A stretch of 64,000 nt of DNA from a virus (Duplodnaviria > Heunggongvirae > Uroviricota > Caudoviricetes), in the IMG/VR virus record IMGVR_UViG_3300036715_001196, positions 1-64,000 of that record. One strand, written 5' to 3'. A program made the position numbers and the translations under genes. Position 1 is the first letter of the stretch, and each line of letters opens with the position of its first letter. Positions 37,623 through 47,135 of the stretch are shown here, piece by piece. A model generated the notes under the pieces. It searched no databases, was not told where the DNA came from, and saw nothing but the letters and a program-made list of their open reading frames with translations.

Positions 37623-37976
37623 ATGAACACAATTAAAACTCAATACATGCACTATCGCGCAACTTCTGCTGCTTTGGCAGTCCTATCTACACCACGCAAC
37701 CACAATGATGCACCAATGTATCGTGGTGCAACTATTGCGATTGCACCGACTAATGAAAATACCGTTGCGGTAACTGTTGCCTTTTGTGGCCAGAAAGATA
37801 TTTTCAGCAAGAAATTGGGTCGCACAATTGCGGAAGGTCGTATGCAGGCATATTTAAACGGTAACCGCAAACTGAAAACTCTAGTTCGTTTGGTTACTGT
37901 AACTGATATGAACAACCTGAAAGACGAAGTTGCCGTAGCAATTGCAGGCGATATGTCGGCGGTAGGTCTGGAATAA
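37623..37976 (+). CDS. hypothetical protein
   Basis: RBS AAAGGCAATACAATG. 117 aa. Confidence 0.4.
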   Translation: MNTIKTQYMHYRATSAALAVLSTPRNHNDAPMYRGATIAIAPTNENTVAVTVAFCGQKDIFSKKLGRTIAEGRMQAYLNGNRKLKTLVRLVTVTDMNNLKDEVAVAIAGDMSAVGLE

Positions 37977-38022
37977 CAACTAGCAGGTAATGATTGGGCG
38001 AATATTCGCCCAATCAACTTTT

Positions 38023-38214
38023 ATGAAAAAAATAAAAATCAAAGTAGGCGAACCAGTTCCTAGCCCGTGTGTTGATATATGTACAATCAACAATAAGAAC
38101 GGCATGTGTGACGGTTGTTATCGAACAATACACGAAATTACAGATTGGTCTGTAATGTCAGATAATGAAAAGATTATAGTTTTAGATCAATTAGAAGATA
38201 GGATGTTTAAATAA
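38023..38214 (+). CDS. DUF1289-type Fe-S/zinc-binding protein (YdhL-like)
   Basis: SPCVDICTINNKNGMCDGCYRTIHEITDWSVMSDNEK matches the DUF1289 pattern SPC.G.C.....G.C.GC.RT..EI..W..M. Confidence 0.55.
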   Translation: MKKIKIKVGEPVPSPCVDICTINNKNGMCDGCYRTIHEITDWSVMSDNEKIIVLDQLEDRMFK

Positions 38215-38694
38215 ATGTCTAATGCATGGGCTCACTTACCAAATTCTAAACATATTGATGCTATAATTGCATCAATTAAAGCACACCCAAAAGAATGGGG
38301 TGCGGTCTGGGAAGCGGCAGGGAATGCGGCAGGGAATGCGGCAAGGGTTGCGGCGCGGGATGCGGCATATTATACGGCAAGGGATGCGGCAAGTAGTGCG
38401 GCATATTATGTGGCAAGGGTTGCGGCGTGGGTTGCGGCAAGGGAAGCGGCGTGGGATGCGGCAAGGGAAGCGGCGTGGGATGCGGCAAGGGGCGCGGCAA
38501 GGGATGCAGCATATTATACGGCAAGGGATGCAATCATTGCCCTTATTGCATATGATGATTGCGCATATATGCTCGACTCAAATCCAGGTGAGCTTGAAAT
38601 CCTTGCTAAGTTCGGTGACGAAAGAGCAATACTTTTATTATCTGCATGTGATGCATTTGCAGCTATTAAGGAAAAAGAACAATGCAAAAATTGA
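38215..38694 (+). CDS. HEAT-like repeat protein, family A member 5
   Basis: MSNAWAHLPNSKHIDAIIASIKAHPKEW. Repeats. Conserved C-term. ATG 1 nt after the upstream stop. Confidence 0.8.
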   Translation: MSNAWAHLPNSKHIDAIIASIKAHPKEWGAVWEAAGNAAGNAARVAARDAAYYTARDAASSAAYYVARVAAWVAAREAAWDAAREAAWDAARGAARDAAYYTARDAIIALIAYDDCAYMLDSNPGELEILAKFGDERAILLLSACDAFAAIKEKEQCKN

Positions 38695-38885
38695 TGACAA
38701 AATTTGACTTTTCAATTAGTAACGACAAAGGGTGCTATATTACAGTAACAAGATTAATCGATAATGCTATTAAGGTTTTTTATTTGGTTGGTAGTCGTGA
38801 TAAAATTGTAATGACAGACTTCATGAATAATATTACAGATGAGCAAGCAGACGGCTATTTTCCAAAAGAAAGAAAAAAGAAATGA
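38682..38885 (+). CDS. hypothetical protein
   Basis: 67-aa ORF overlapping the family-A gene end. Confidence 0.35.
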   Translation: MQKLMTKFDFSISNDKGCYITVTRLIDNAIKVFYLVGSRDKIVMTDFMNNITDEQADGYFPKERKKK

Positions 38886-39265
38886 GTAATGAATGGGACG
38901 ATCTGCCAAATGCAAGATATATTGATGCTATATTAAAATGTTGTGCTGCATTTCCTGTTAAATGGAAAAACATGAAACAACATACAGAGTCTGATAGCAC
39001 ATTTAACAGGCTGCATGATGTTATAAGTAAGAACGATGATGTTAAATATAATCTTGCACTAAGTAGGATAACACACGGTACTCAAGGTGTGCCAATCTGG
39101 GACGTTAGTCTTGCACTTTTAATTTTTGATGATTCAGCGCATTTGTTGCATTCTCCAGTAGACGAAGTAGAAATGCTTGCTGCCTTAGGCGACGAACGTG
39201 CTATACTTATGATAGGAGCATGCAAAATATTAGATGCCACATGCCCTATTGACTTATATCTATAA
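38882..39265 (+). CDS. divergent family A member 6 (no AAWDAA repeats)
   Basis: MSNEWDDLPNARYIDAILKC... and C-term LLIFDDSAHLLHSPVDEVEMLAALGDERAILMIGACKILDA retain the family frame. Confidence 0.6.
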   Translation: MSNEWDDLPNARYIDAILKCCAAFPVKWKNMKQHTESDSTFNRLHDVISKNDDVKYNLALSRITHGTQGVPIWDVSLALLIFDDSAHLLHSPVDEVEMLAALGDERAILMIGACKILDATCPIDLYL

Positions 39266-39283
39266 CTAACATATAATACAAAT

Positions 39284-39727
39284 ATGGCTACTTTAACTAA
39301 TGAACAGAAAGAACAACGTGCGGCAACAAGAAAGCTCAATCGCGAAATTGCAAAAGCTGCATATGAAAAACAACTCGAAGAACAAGCAAAACAAGAAGAA
39401 GAGTTTCGTAAGTCAGTTCCTGCTAAACTAACTGAACTTAAGGAATTAGCGAAGACTCTTGGAGTAGCTACAGTTATAGATTTAACACCTACTGGCCCTG
39501 AGATTTCTTTTGAGTACGAAAGTACTGTAGAAGACATCTATATTAATGATACATTGACCTATGATTCAGACGAATACTGGATTAGACAGATGGAGTCAAA
39601 CTTAAATAATATCAATGTTAAGCGAGAAGCACTTGAGATAAGAAAGGCACTTGCTAGAGAAGCATGGAATAAATTGTCTAAGGAAGAGCAAGACGCAATA
39701 AAAGAATTTAGATGGTCAATTTTATAG
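39284..39727 (+). CDS. hypothetical coiled-coil protein
   Basis: 147-aa ORF. Confidence 0.45.
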   Translation: MATLTNEQKEQRAATRKLNREIAKAAYEKQLEEQAKQEEEFRKSVPAKLTELKELAKTLGVATVIDLTPTGPEISFEYESTVEDIYINDTLTYDSDEYWIRQMESNLNNINVKREALEIRKALAREAWNKLSKEEQDAIKEFRWSIL

Positions 39728-39988
39728 TACACAACTGATGATAGAAACTTAATTCTTGAAACGACAAGGCTAGGGGCCTGCTTGTGTTTACAGCAATTTT
39801 CGCCTTGTACGTATTGTGTTAAATTAAAAAGCGGGTTTGCCTGCCTAAGGAGATATATCCAAAGATCACTAACCTACCCCAATATAGAGAAATTAGTAGG
39901 GTTCGAAACCCAAGCCACTTTTGTTCTGACTATAAGGATAAAATGCAATAGATAGTAGTAATTGCGATTATACGCAATGTAGCATAAA

Positions 39989-40020
39989 AGAGCTCGCATA
40001 GTCAGCGAGCCTTTTTATTT
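39989..40020 (+). terminator. rho-independent terminator
   Basis: GCTCGC-ATAGTCA-GCGAGC followed by CTTTTTATTT. Confidence 0.7.
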
Positions 40021-40027
40021 GTGCCTA

Positions 40028-40056
40028 TTGACAATATTTTAAAATAAGTCTATAAT
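40028..40056 (+). promoter_or_regulatory. sigma70-type promoter (TTGACA-N17-TATAAT)
   Basis: TTGACAATATTTTAAAATAAGTCTATAAT then AAGGAGCATAATATG. Confidence 0.6.
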
Positions 40057-40081
40057 GTTATTAATTAATAAGGAGCATAAT

Positions 40082-40282
40082 ATGGCTGGTAAATTAATTT
40101 CGAACAAAACAACATACGAATTTTCATTAGCTGATATAAAAACACTTATTGCTGACGAATTAGGTGTTATTGCAGTAAAAGTTCATGTAGAATATGTCAT
40201 AGAAGAATGTGGTGGCGATCCGATGGACCGTTTTCCAGGTGTTGACACTGTAACTAAAATTCGTGTAATCGTAGATCAATGA
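40082..40282 (+). CDS. hypothetical protein
   Basis: ATG after AAGGAGCATAAT. 66 aa. Confidence 0.45.
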   Translation: MAGKLISNKTTYEFSLADIKTLIADELGVIAVKVHVEYVIEECGGDPMDRFPGVDTVTKIRVIVDQ

Positions 40283-40498
40283 TATGTACTCTTACAGAAA
40301 AGTCGTAACATCAAAAAAATGCTTGTGGTTTAGCATTAATACTGTCTTTTTCGAATTACTCTTTGAAGATACAGTAGTTAAGACATTTCGTAATTACGCC
40401 TTATCTGACATACAAAATCTAACCCATTTATTAAATGTAGCCAGGACATTAGGATATAGTACCGGCTACATTCGTGGCTCACAACAAAGAAGGAATCC

Positions 40499-40888
40499 AT
40501 GAAAACAAATATTATAACTCATACAGACGGCAAAGGTAAGTCAACTGAAGAAATTGCAACAGTTATTATCGGTCGACTTGCAATAGGGTTTTCTAGCCTA
40601 ATATACTATCCCGAAGATCCTTTTAACGGTGAACTACGTGCCTATTTCGACGGAAGTGGTTTCGGCGACGGTGCGTGGTGTGTAGAAGCATACGACCATG
40701 TCTGTGGTGATAGACTCTGGTTGAGAGAATTTAAACAAGGTCTTCTCGAACTCGGCCTTAGTATCAAAGCAGTTCAGAATATTAAATACAACGAACTAAG
40801 TAAACAAGGTAAGGACTATGTATCTTTAATAATTGGTCCTACATTTTATGCATCGTGGAAACGAGTTAATAACAAAAAGGGTCTATAA
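40499..40888 (+). CDS. hypothetical protein
   Basis: 129-aa ORF. Confidence 0.45.
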   Translation: MKTNIITHTDGKGKSTEEIATVIIGRLAIGFSSLIYYPEDPFNGELRAYFDGSGFGDGAWCVEAYDHVCGDRLWLREFKQGLLELGLSIKAVQNIKYNELSKQGKDYVSLIIGPTFYASWKRVNNKKGL

Positions 40889-41157
40889 TGAAAAAACTTA
40901 CATTAATGCTGTTGATAGCGTCTAGCTTAATGCTATCTGGTTGCAAACAAGAAAAAGTAATCAATGGCACAAAATATGAAGCATACGGATTGGCTAATGA
41001 AGATGCAAAGAAAGACCCAAATGTTGTCTACGAAATTAGTGCGGAATCCGTAATCGTTGCTATTATACTATCCGAGACAATTGTTGTACCAATTTATGTT
41101 CTAGGTTGGGATCTGTACAAACCGGTTAAACTTAAAGTACTACCAGCTAAAGGGTAA
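40888..41157 (+). CDS. lipoprotein
   Basis: MKKLTLMLLIASSLMLSGC: signal peptide with an LSGC lipobox. Confidence 0.5.
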   Translation: MKKLTLMLLIASSLMLSGCKQEKVINGTKYEAYGLANEDAKKDPNVVYEISAESVIVAIILSETIVVPIYVLGWDLYKPVKLKVLPAKG

Positions 41158-41201
41158 TCATAGGTATTCCTACACACTTTACCATTAAATGTCAGCAACC
41201 A

Positions 41202-41531
41202 TTGCCACAACATGCTAGAATACCAGTCATAAAGGCAATTCGGTATCTGACTGGGATTGGTTTACGTGAAGCTAAAGAAGCATCAGAAAGTGATAAGAAA
41301 ACCACATATGCAATATCCCCGTGCTATATATCAAACCATTTATCACCAATGACAGAAATATTATCAAATTTTGCTATCTTAAAACAAAACAATGTAGAAG
41401 TGTTCTGTGTTGCAGATTTGTTAGATAAAATGCGCAGTTTTGCAAAAGATGCATTAGATTTAGGTGAGGATGAATTAGGTAATGAAATACTACAACTAAT
41501 CCTAGCTGAAAAATTGCGAAGAGGTATTTGA
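41202..41531 (+). CDS. hypothetical protein with ribosomal L7/L12 C-terminal-domain-like segment
   Basis: ARIPVIKAIRYLTGIGLREAKEASE resembles the L7/L12 CTD core (K.AVIKAVR..TGLGLKEAKDLVE). TTG start in the ORF track, so uncertain. Confidence 0.3.
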   Translation: MPQHARIPVIKAIRYLTGIGLREAKEASESDKKTTYAISPCYISNHLSPMTEILSNFAILKQNNVEVFCVADLLDKMRSFAKDALDLGEDELGNEILQLILAEKLRRGI

Positions 41532-41542
41532 TATTTTTGTCG

Positions 41543-41571
41543 ATTGACAAAAATGTTTATCATTGTTATAA
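41543..41571 (+). promoter_or_regulatory. sigma70-type promoter (TTGACA-N17-TATAAT)
   Basis: TTGACAAAAATGTTTATCATTGTTATAAT then AGAGAGGCAAAAATG. Confidence 0.6.
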
Positions 41572-41596
41572 TCTTATATACATAAGAGAGGCAAAA

Positions 41597-41797
41597 ATGA
41601 GTCGCACTAAAGCTATAAATGATAAATGTCGTGACTGTATTTACGACCCAAAGTCCGTCGGTACCTGGAGAGAACAGGTGCAGGCGTGTCCTAGTGAAAA
41701 ATCGTGTGCCCTGTGGCCATATCGACCAGTTGCTATTGCAACAGTAAATGCTAACCGCAAACCCAGAGCCGAAAAAGACGAACAAGTAGATGAATGA
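41597..41797 (+). CDS. small Cys-rich (zinc-ribbon-like) protein
   Basis: CRDC...ACPSEKSC: four Cys in two pairs. 66 aa. Confidence 0.45.
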   Translation: MSRTKAINDKCRDCIYDPKSVGTWREQVQACPSEKSCALWPYRPVAIATVNANRKPRAEKDEQVDE

Positions 41798-42021
41798 CAT
41801 CAAGGCATCTAAGTAACACAATATTAGCTGAGAACCTAATGCATAAGATTAAAATTGGTAGTAAAGTAAAGATTTTACGCAAAGATATATTTCATTTACA
41901 GCACAGAGAGAACCGAAACGGTACTGTAACTCGCATAAATGGTGCATATGTTACTATTCGCCCAACCTGGGTGGTATGGGAAATTGAATTATTAATAAAT
42001 GAAATTGCATTTAGGAAATAA
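41794..42021 (+). CDS. hypothetical protein
   Basis: 75-aa ORF, ATGA-coupled. Confidence 0.35.
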   Translation: MTSRHLSNTILAENLMHKIKIGSKVKILRKDIFHLQHRENRNGTVTRINGAYVTIRPTWVVWEIELLINEIAFRK

Positions 42022-42022
42022 C

Positions 42023-42256
42023 ATGTCAATGTTAGGTAAACAGATATTTTTAAAAGGTATTTCTCAGAAAGGCAAGAACAGAATACGAGAACTCGGTGAT
42101 CGTTGGATAGTCCTTGCTGAAACCGATTATGTTTTATTTCAACCTAATGTTAAAGGCCCTTGGCTTTTCATTTCTCCGATCGGGTGTGACCAAAACCATA
42201 AAGGCTCGAGATGGATTAAATCATCCGGCGACACCGATTTTTCAATAACCGACTAG
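42023..42256 (+). CDS. hypothetical protein
   Basis: Internal ATG (MSMLGKQIFL) preferred over the ORF-track start. Confidence 0.35.
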   Translation: MSMLGKQIFLKGISQKGKNRIRELGDRWIVLAETDYVLFQPNVKGPWLFISPIGCDQNHKGSRWIKSSGDTDFSITD

Positions 42257-42351
42257 GGTGGTTGACTTCTAATACAAAGTACTTTACAATGTAAATAAGG
42301 TGGGAGGAATAATCCGTCCATCTTTTACATACACACTTACAGGAGCATACC

Positions 42352-42723
42352 ATGTCAAAAATTGAAAATACAGCAGTAACAGAAACTATATCTGTCGCAA
42401 AAGCACCAAGCAAAAAATCCTTAGCACAAGCAATCTTCGCTACAAAAGTTGCCGAATTTGCTCAAAAGTTGTACGGCTCAAACAAAGACTTCCGCAATGC
42501 TGTATTGACTACTATCGAAACTGATCTCAGCGTATCGCGTGCATCTGCTGCGACATTGTACAATAGCTTCAAGAAAGATGCTGAGCAAGCTGGCACAGTA
42601 AAATTGGGTCGCGATCCAAAAAAAGTTAAAGCACAATCAACCGGTGTTCGCGGTCGCCCAGTCGGCAGCGGCAAGAAAAAAGTTATTGAAACAACAGAAA
42701 CTGTTGCAGAAGCTACAGTTTAA
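42352..42723 (+). CDS. small basic protein, family C (FRxAV...AATxYN), AT-hook-like GRPVGSGKK tail
   Basis: FRNAVLTTIETDLSVSRASAATLYNSFKK shared with ORFs 51054 and 52391. RBS CAGGAGCATACCATG. Confidence 0.5.
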   Translation: MSKIENTAVTETISVAKAPSKKSLAQAIFATKVAEFAQKLYGSNKDFRNAVLTTIETDLSVSRASAATLYNSFKKDAEQAGTVKLGRDPKKVKAQSTGVRGRPVGSGKKKVIETTETVAEATV

Positions 42724-42744
42724 TCCAGCGCGTAATATGCGACA

Positions 42745-42776
42745 AAAGAAAGGGGTATATTAACCCCTTTCTTTTT
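42745..42776 (+). terminator. rho-independent terminator
   Basis: AAAGAAAGGGGTATATTAACCCCTTTCTTTTT. Confidence 0.7.
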
Positions 42777-42837
42777 GGCTCATTAAGCCTGTTGACGACT
42801 AGTCTATCTATTGCTATAATGTATGTAAGGAGTTGCT

Positions 42838-42981
42838 ATGATTGAAAATACGCCACAATATCGAATAGTTATAAAAACTGACTACACTGGAAAAATAGTT
42901 TCTACTGAAGTAATTAATATGCAAAAAGAAGATTTAACATTAGCAAGAGAAGCAATAAAGAAAATTATGGATATGAAATGA
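42838..42981 (+). CDS. very small hypothetical protein (47 aa)
   Basis: TTGACG-N17-TATAAT promoter and AAGGAGTTGCTATG RBS directly upstream. Below the ORF-track cutoff. Confidence 0.3.
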   Translation: MIENTPQYRIVIKTDYTGKIVSTEVINMQKEDLTLAREAIKKIMDMK

Positions 42982-43043
42982 GAAATGAATAGTAATTGCT
43001 AGTTATTTGTTAATTCTAAGTATATTATTAATAAGGAAAGAAA

Positions 43044-43487
43044 ATGTCTAATGCATGGGCTCACTTACCAAATGCGAAACACATTGATGCAATAATTGCA
43101 TCAGTTGAAGCACACCCAAAAGAATGGGGTGCGGGGCGGGATGCGGCGGGGGATGCAGCATATTATGCGGCAAGGTGTGCGGCGTGGGGTGCAGCCTGGG
43201 ATGCGGCAAGGGGTGCGGCAAGTAGTGCGGCAAGTAGTGCAGCATATAATGCGGCGCGGGTTGCGGCAGGGGGTACGGCGTGGGATGCAGCCTGTAGTGC
43301 GGCAAGTGGTGCGGCATGGGATGCAATACTTGCCCTTATTGCATATGATGATTGCGCATATATGCTCAACTCAAATCCAGGTGAGTTAGAAATACTTGCT
43401 AAATTCGGTAATGAAAAAGCAATTTTATTATTACCTGCATGTAATGCATTTGCAGCTATTAGGATACATACACCAGTTATTGCTTGA
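43044..43487 (+). CDS. HEAT-like repeat protein, family A member 7
   Basis: [28 protein letters not shown]. Repeats. Conserved C-term. Stop inside the next -35. Confidence 0.8.
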   Translation: MSNAWAHLPNAKHIDAIIASVEAHPKEWGAGRDAAGDAAYYAARCAAWGAAWDAARGAASSAASSAAYNAARVAAGGTAWDAACSAASGAAWDAILALIAYDDCAYMLNSNPGELEILAKFGNEKAILLLPACNAFAAIRIHTPVIA

Positions 43488-43511
43488 CAAATAATTCCGT
43501 TTGTCATATAA
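43483..43511 (+). promoter_or_regulatory. family-A cassette promoter (TTGACA-N17-TATAAT)
   Basis: TTGACAAATAATTCCGTTTGTCATATAAT + ACTACACATTAAACAAACAGGAGTACAAAATG. Confidence 0.65.
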
Positions 43512-43542
43512 TTACTACACATTAAACAAACAGGAGTACAAA

Positions 43543-44013
43543 ATGTCTAATACGTGGGATTACTTACCAAATGCGAAACATATTGATGCGATACTTGCAT
43601 CATTTAAAGCACACCCAAAAGAATGGAGTGCGGCAAGGTATGCGGCAAGGGATGCGGCGTGGGATGCGGCAAGGGATGCGGCATGGAGTGCGGCCTGTAG
43701 TGCGGCATATTATGCGGCAAGGGATGCGGCATATTATGCGGCAAGGGATGAGGTAAGGGATGCGGCATGGAGTGTGGCATATTATGCGGCAAGGGATGCG
43801 GCATATTATGCGGCGTGTGATGCGGCAAGTAGTGCGGCATGGGATGCAATACTTGCCCTTATTGCGTATGATGATTGCGCATATATGCTCGACTCAGATC
43901 CAGGTGAACTTGAAATACTTGCTAAATTAGGCGATGAAAGAGCAATACTTTTATTACCTGCATGTAAGGCATTTGCAGCTATTAATAAGATACATAAACC
44001 AGTTATTGCTTGA
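43543..44013 (+). CDS. HEAT-like repeat protein, family A member 8
   Basis: [65 protein letters not shown]... repeats. Conserved C-term. Confidence 0.8.
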   Translation: MSNTWDYLPNAKHIDAILASFKAHPKEWSAARYAARDAAWDAARDAAWSAACSAAYYAARDAAYYAARDEVRDAAWSVAYYAARDAAYYAACDAASSAAWDAILALIAYDDCAYMLDSDPGELEILAKLGDERAILLLPACKAFAAINKIHKPVIA

Positions 44014-44038
44014 CAAATGATTCCAGCTGTCATATAAT
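44010..44038 (+). promoter_or_regulatory. family-A cassette promoter (TTGACA-N17-TATAAT)
   Basis: TTGACAAATGATTCCAGCTGTCATATAAT. Confidence 0.65.
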
Positions 44039-44068
44039 TACTACATACAAACACCGCAGGAGTACAAA

Positions 44069-44464
44069 ATGTCTAATACGTGGGATTACTTACCAAATGC
44101 GAAACATATTGATGATATAATTGCATCAATTAAAGCACACCCAAAAGAATGGAGTGCGGCAAGGGATGCGGCGTGGGATGCGGCGTGGCAGACGGCGGGG
44201 GATCGGGCAAGTGGTGCGGCAAGGGATGCGGCGTGGGGTGCGGCAAGGGATGCGGTCTGGGATGCGGCGCGGGGTGCGGCATATTATGCGGCGTGGGTTG
44301 CAATCATTGCCCTTATCGCGTATGATGATTGCGCATATATGCTCAACTCCGATCCGGGCGAGTTAGAAATACTTGCTAAATTCGGTGATGAAAGAGCAAT
44401 TTTATTATTATCTGCATGTAAGGCATTTGCAGCTATTAAGACACATACACCAGTTATTGCTTGA
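44069..44464 (+). CDS. HEAT-like repeat protein, family A member 9
   Basis: [28 protein letters not shown]. Repeats. Conserved C-term. Confidence 0.8.
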   Translation: MSNTWDYLPNAKHIDDIIASIKAHPKEWSAARDAAWDAAWQTAGDRASGAARDAAWGAARDAVWDAARGAAYYAAWVAIIALIAYDDCAYMLNSDPGELEILAKFGDERAILLLSACKAFAAIKTHTPVIA

Positions 44465-44489
44465 CAAATGATTCCGGCTATCATATAAT
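44461..44489 (+). promoter_or_regulatory. family-A cassette promoter (TTGACA-N17-TATAAT)
   Basis: TTGACAAATGATTCCGGCTATCATATAAT. Confidence 0.65.
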
Positions 44490-44525
44490 AATAATTACTA
44501 CATACAAACACAACAGGAGCATAAA

Positions 44526-45014
44526 ATGCCTAATCCATGGGATTGCTTACCAAATGCTAAACATGTTGATGCAATACTTGTATCAATTAAAGCACACCCA
44601 AAAGAATGGGGTGCGGCCTGGTATGCGGTGTGGGATGCGGCAAGGGATGTGGCAAGGGATGCAGCATATTATGCGGCAAGGGATGCAGCATATTATGCGG
44701 CAAGGGATGCGGCATATTATGCGGCAAGGGATGAGGTAAGGGATGCGGCGTGGGTTGCGGTAAGGGATGCGGCGTGGGATGCGGCGTGGGAAGCGGCATG
44801 GGAAGCGGCATGGGATGCGGCAAGGAATGCGGCGTGGGGTGCAACCATTGCCCTTATTGCATATGACGATTGTGCATATATGCTCGACTCCGATCTAGGT
44901 GAATTAGAAATAATTGCTAAATTCGGCGATGAGAGAGCAATTTTATTATTGTCTGCATGTAAGGCATTTGCAGATATTAAGGAAAAAGAACATGAAGAAA
45001 GTTACAGTAAATAA
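44526..45014 (+). CDS. HEAT-like repeat protein, family A member 10
   Basis: MPNPWDCLPNAKHVDAILVSIKAHPKEW. Long repeat core. Conserved C-term. Confidence 0.8.
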   Translation: MPNPWDCLPNAKHVDAILVSIKAHPKEWGAAWYAVWDAARDVARDAAYYAARDAAYYAARDAAYYAARDEVRDAAWVAVRDAAWDAAWEAAWEAAWDAARNAAWGATIALIAYDDCAYMLDSDLGELEIIAKFGDERAILLLSACKAFADIKEKEHEESYSK

Positions 45015-45462
45015 TAGACGCAATGATTCTAGGTTTGTAGTAGACAAAGTTGAAGCAAAATATAATGCTACCTTTGTTGGACAACTACCTATACTGTTAC
45101 CTAAAGGGGTTTGGTCCTGCGGGTTTGCTGATATATTTTACCAAGCAATTCCCACTGTGGACGGCTATTCTAATTATTTTGTACTGTATATGGATGTAGA
45201 CGATCTTATAAAAATCATGTCTGGCGAAAGTGCAGTGCAAGGTATTATTAGAGCTGTTAGGGCCAATGACGGTGAAATAATATATTCTCGTGGTCGACAT
45301 GATTTTGTATATAGTAGCGATAACTCTTGTTTCATAGGCGGTGATCGAGATTATATAAAGTCTGATAGGCAAATAATTGGATTAAAAATAATTGATGGTG
45401 AATTTTACGAACTTGAAGGTGAAGACTACGTCTTTATGAAATTAAAAGGTGAGATAGAATAG
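44992..45462 (+). CDS. hypothetical protein
   Basis: ATG (MKKVTVNNRR) with RBS GGAAAAAGAACATG overlapping the family-A gene end. Confidence 0.45.
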   Translation: MKKVTVNNRRNDSRFVVDKVEAKYNATFVGQLPILLPKGVWSCGFADIFYQAIPTVDGYSNYFVLYMDVDDLIKIMSGESAVQGIIRAVRANDGEIIYSRGRHDFVYSSDNSCFIGGDRDYIKSDRQIIGLKIIDGEFYELEGEDYVFMKLKGEIE

Positions 45463-45509
45463 CTCACACTAAATGGCACCAATTACCAAATTCAGGTTAT
45501 ATTAAAAAG

Positions 45510-45845
45510 TTGCGTTCTATAGATACATCAGTATATAGCGAAGATGCATTTTGCTATCATAGAAATGATGAATATTATCTTCAATGGAATGCTGCATGGG
45601 ATACAGCAAGGGATTCTTGTCTGGGTAAGTACCCGTATCTCGGGATACAAGACGCAATGACATATAGTCATTGGGCGATTAAGAGTGCAATACTTGCACT
45701 TGTAGCATACCCCGATTGTGCATATATGCTTGATTCAGACCCAAGTGAATTAGAATTACTTGTTAAACTTAGCAACGACGATACAATATTATTGATGTTG
45801 CCGGCTTGTAGATTACTAAACGATATTAAAAAAGAAGAAAAATGA
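45510..45845 (+). CDS. divergent family A member 11 (C-terminal module only)
   Basis: ...[53 protein letters not shown]-terminus unrelated. Start codon uncertain. Confidence 0.5.
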   Translation: MRSIDTSVYSEDAFCYHRNDEYYLQWNAAWDTARDSCLGKYPYLGIQDAMTYSHWAIKSAILALVAYPDCAYMLDSDPSELELLVKLSNDDTILLMLPACRLLNDIKKEEK

Positions 45846-46105
45846 AAAAGACAGAATACAAAATATATTGGACACTAAGTAACGAAATATTCAGTGTAAC
45901 AGAAACTGACCTCACTGTAGCATTAGGTGTAACAGAAACATTACGTACACGCAGAAGAAGCGGAGAGGATATTTCTTTTGTTACAATGGTTAGCGAAAAT
46001 GTAGATCATATCGGTGAAACAGGTGTGAACTCAGTTAAAAACGGAGAGTTACCTGACGGTGGAAAATATACATGGGTAAAACGCAGACCTCCTACTACCA
46101 CTTGA
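45842..46105 (+). CDS. hypothetical protein
   Basis: 87-aa ORF, ATGA-coupled. Confidence 0.4.
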   Translation: MKKTEYKIYWTLSNEIFSVTETDLTVALGVTETLRTRRRSGEDISFVTMVSENVDHIGETGVNSVKNGELPDGGKYTWVKRRPPTTT

Positions 46106-46469
46106 CACAATTAATTTTAACATGTAGTATATGTTAAGACTAAATTTTAAGGAATTATAATGAAAGAACATAATGTTGATTGATTTGAAGTCACAGCACT
46201 AGATAGTAGCGGAACTAATGATACTCGTGTTGCCTATGTTTCAACTGAAGCATTAGCAACACGAGTATCATTACCGCATTGGCTTGCAATTGATATTTTT
46301 ATTATGTATGTGTATTTTAGCAGGGCTTTTAGCCTGTAACATAGCCGATAGATTTTCAGATCATTGAATTTAGTCAGGATGTTAAATCAGATTTGGGATT
46401 TAAAATCCAAATCTTAGATTTAGAAGTTGGATTTATAATCTAAAATAAGATTTTAAATTAGGAAACATA

Positions 46470-46778
46470 ATGCATAGCATAACAGCAGATCTATCAACAC
46501 CTATCCAATCGTTAGATATTTATATTATATCGTTTAGTGTAAATGAAGTAAACCAATTCTCCTCTGTTTTGTTCGGTGTGTTTGGTACTAGAGATATACC
46601 AAAAGATAGACAAATAACCCACAATGAGACAGCTATCACGTCTCGTAAATCAGTTGCATGTGTGATGTTTTTAAGGCAAGATGAATTAGTGCTTATGAAA
46701 CTTTCCCTAAATGCTCGATTCGACAAATATAAAGGGGAGTTAAGATATATATGGTTTACAATGAACGGATTATTATGA
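46470..46778 (+). CDS. hypothetical protein
   Basis: 102-aa ORF with RBS TTAGGAAACATAATG. Confidence 0.3.
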   Translation: MHSITADLSTPIQSLDIYIISFSVNEVNQFSSVLFGVFGTRDIPKDRQITHNETAITSRKSVACVMFLRQDELVLMKLSLNARFDKYKGELRYIWFTMNGLL

Positions 46779-46976
46779 AAAACATTTAATAAGTTTTAAT
46801 CCTATACCTCTGTCTGAACCTACACTCAGCTAACAAAGAAATATCATCATTGTTAGACATGTAGTATCACTAAAAGCCGTAAACATATTATATGTGAAAA
46901 ATCGAGTATATAACTGCGGATACAAACCGGCTAGTATGATTTCTTCTGTTGAAGTAATAAATTTAAAAGAAGAAGA

Positions 46977-47135
46977 TATAACTTATATCAAATTAAAATA
47001 TGCAGCCGACATAACAGGCATGACAAATTTATGAATAATTGAAAATGAAGGTATGACTTATATCAAATTAAAATATGAACTCGATATAACAAGCATGACA
47101 AATTTACGAATAATTGAAAATGAAGGTATAACAAA
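46977..47135. repeat. about 62-bp tandem direct repeat (2 copies + partial)
   Basis: CTTATATCAAATTAAAATATG[C/A]A...ATAACA[G/A]GCATGACAAATTTA[T/C]GAATAATTGAAAATGAAGGTAT occurs twice in tandem. AATTGAAAATGAAGGTATAACA recurs a third time. Confidence 0.7.

Noticed and set aside
39760-39930. tmRNA gene to partner the phage SmpB.
   Set aside because: The T-loop-like hairpin GGGTTCGAAACCC is present. But no complementary 5' acceptor strand, no tag-reading-frame or pseudoknot pattern could be found by eye.
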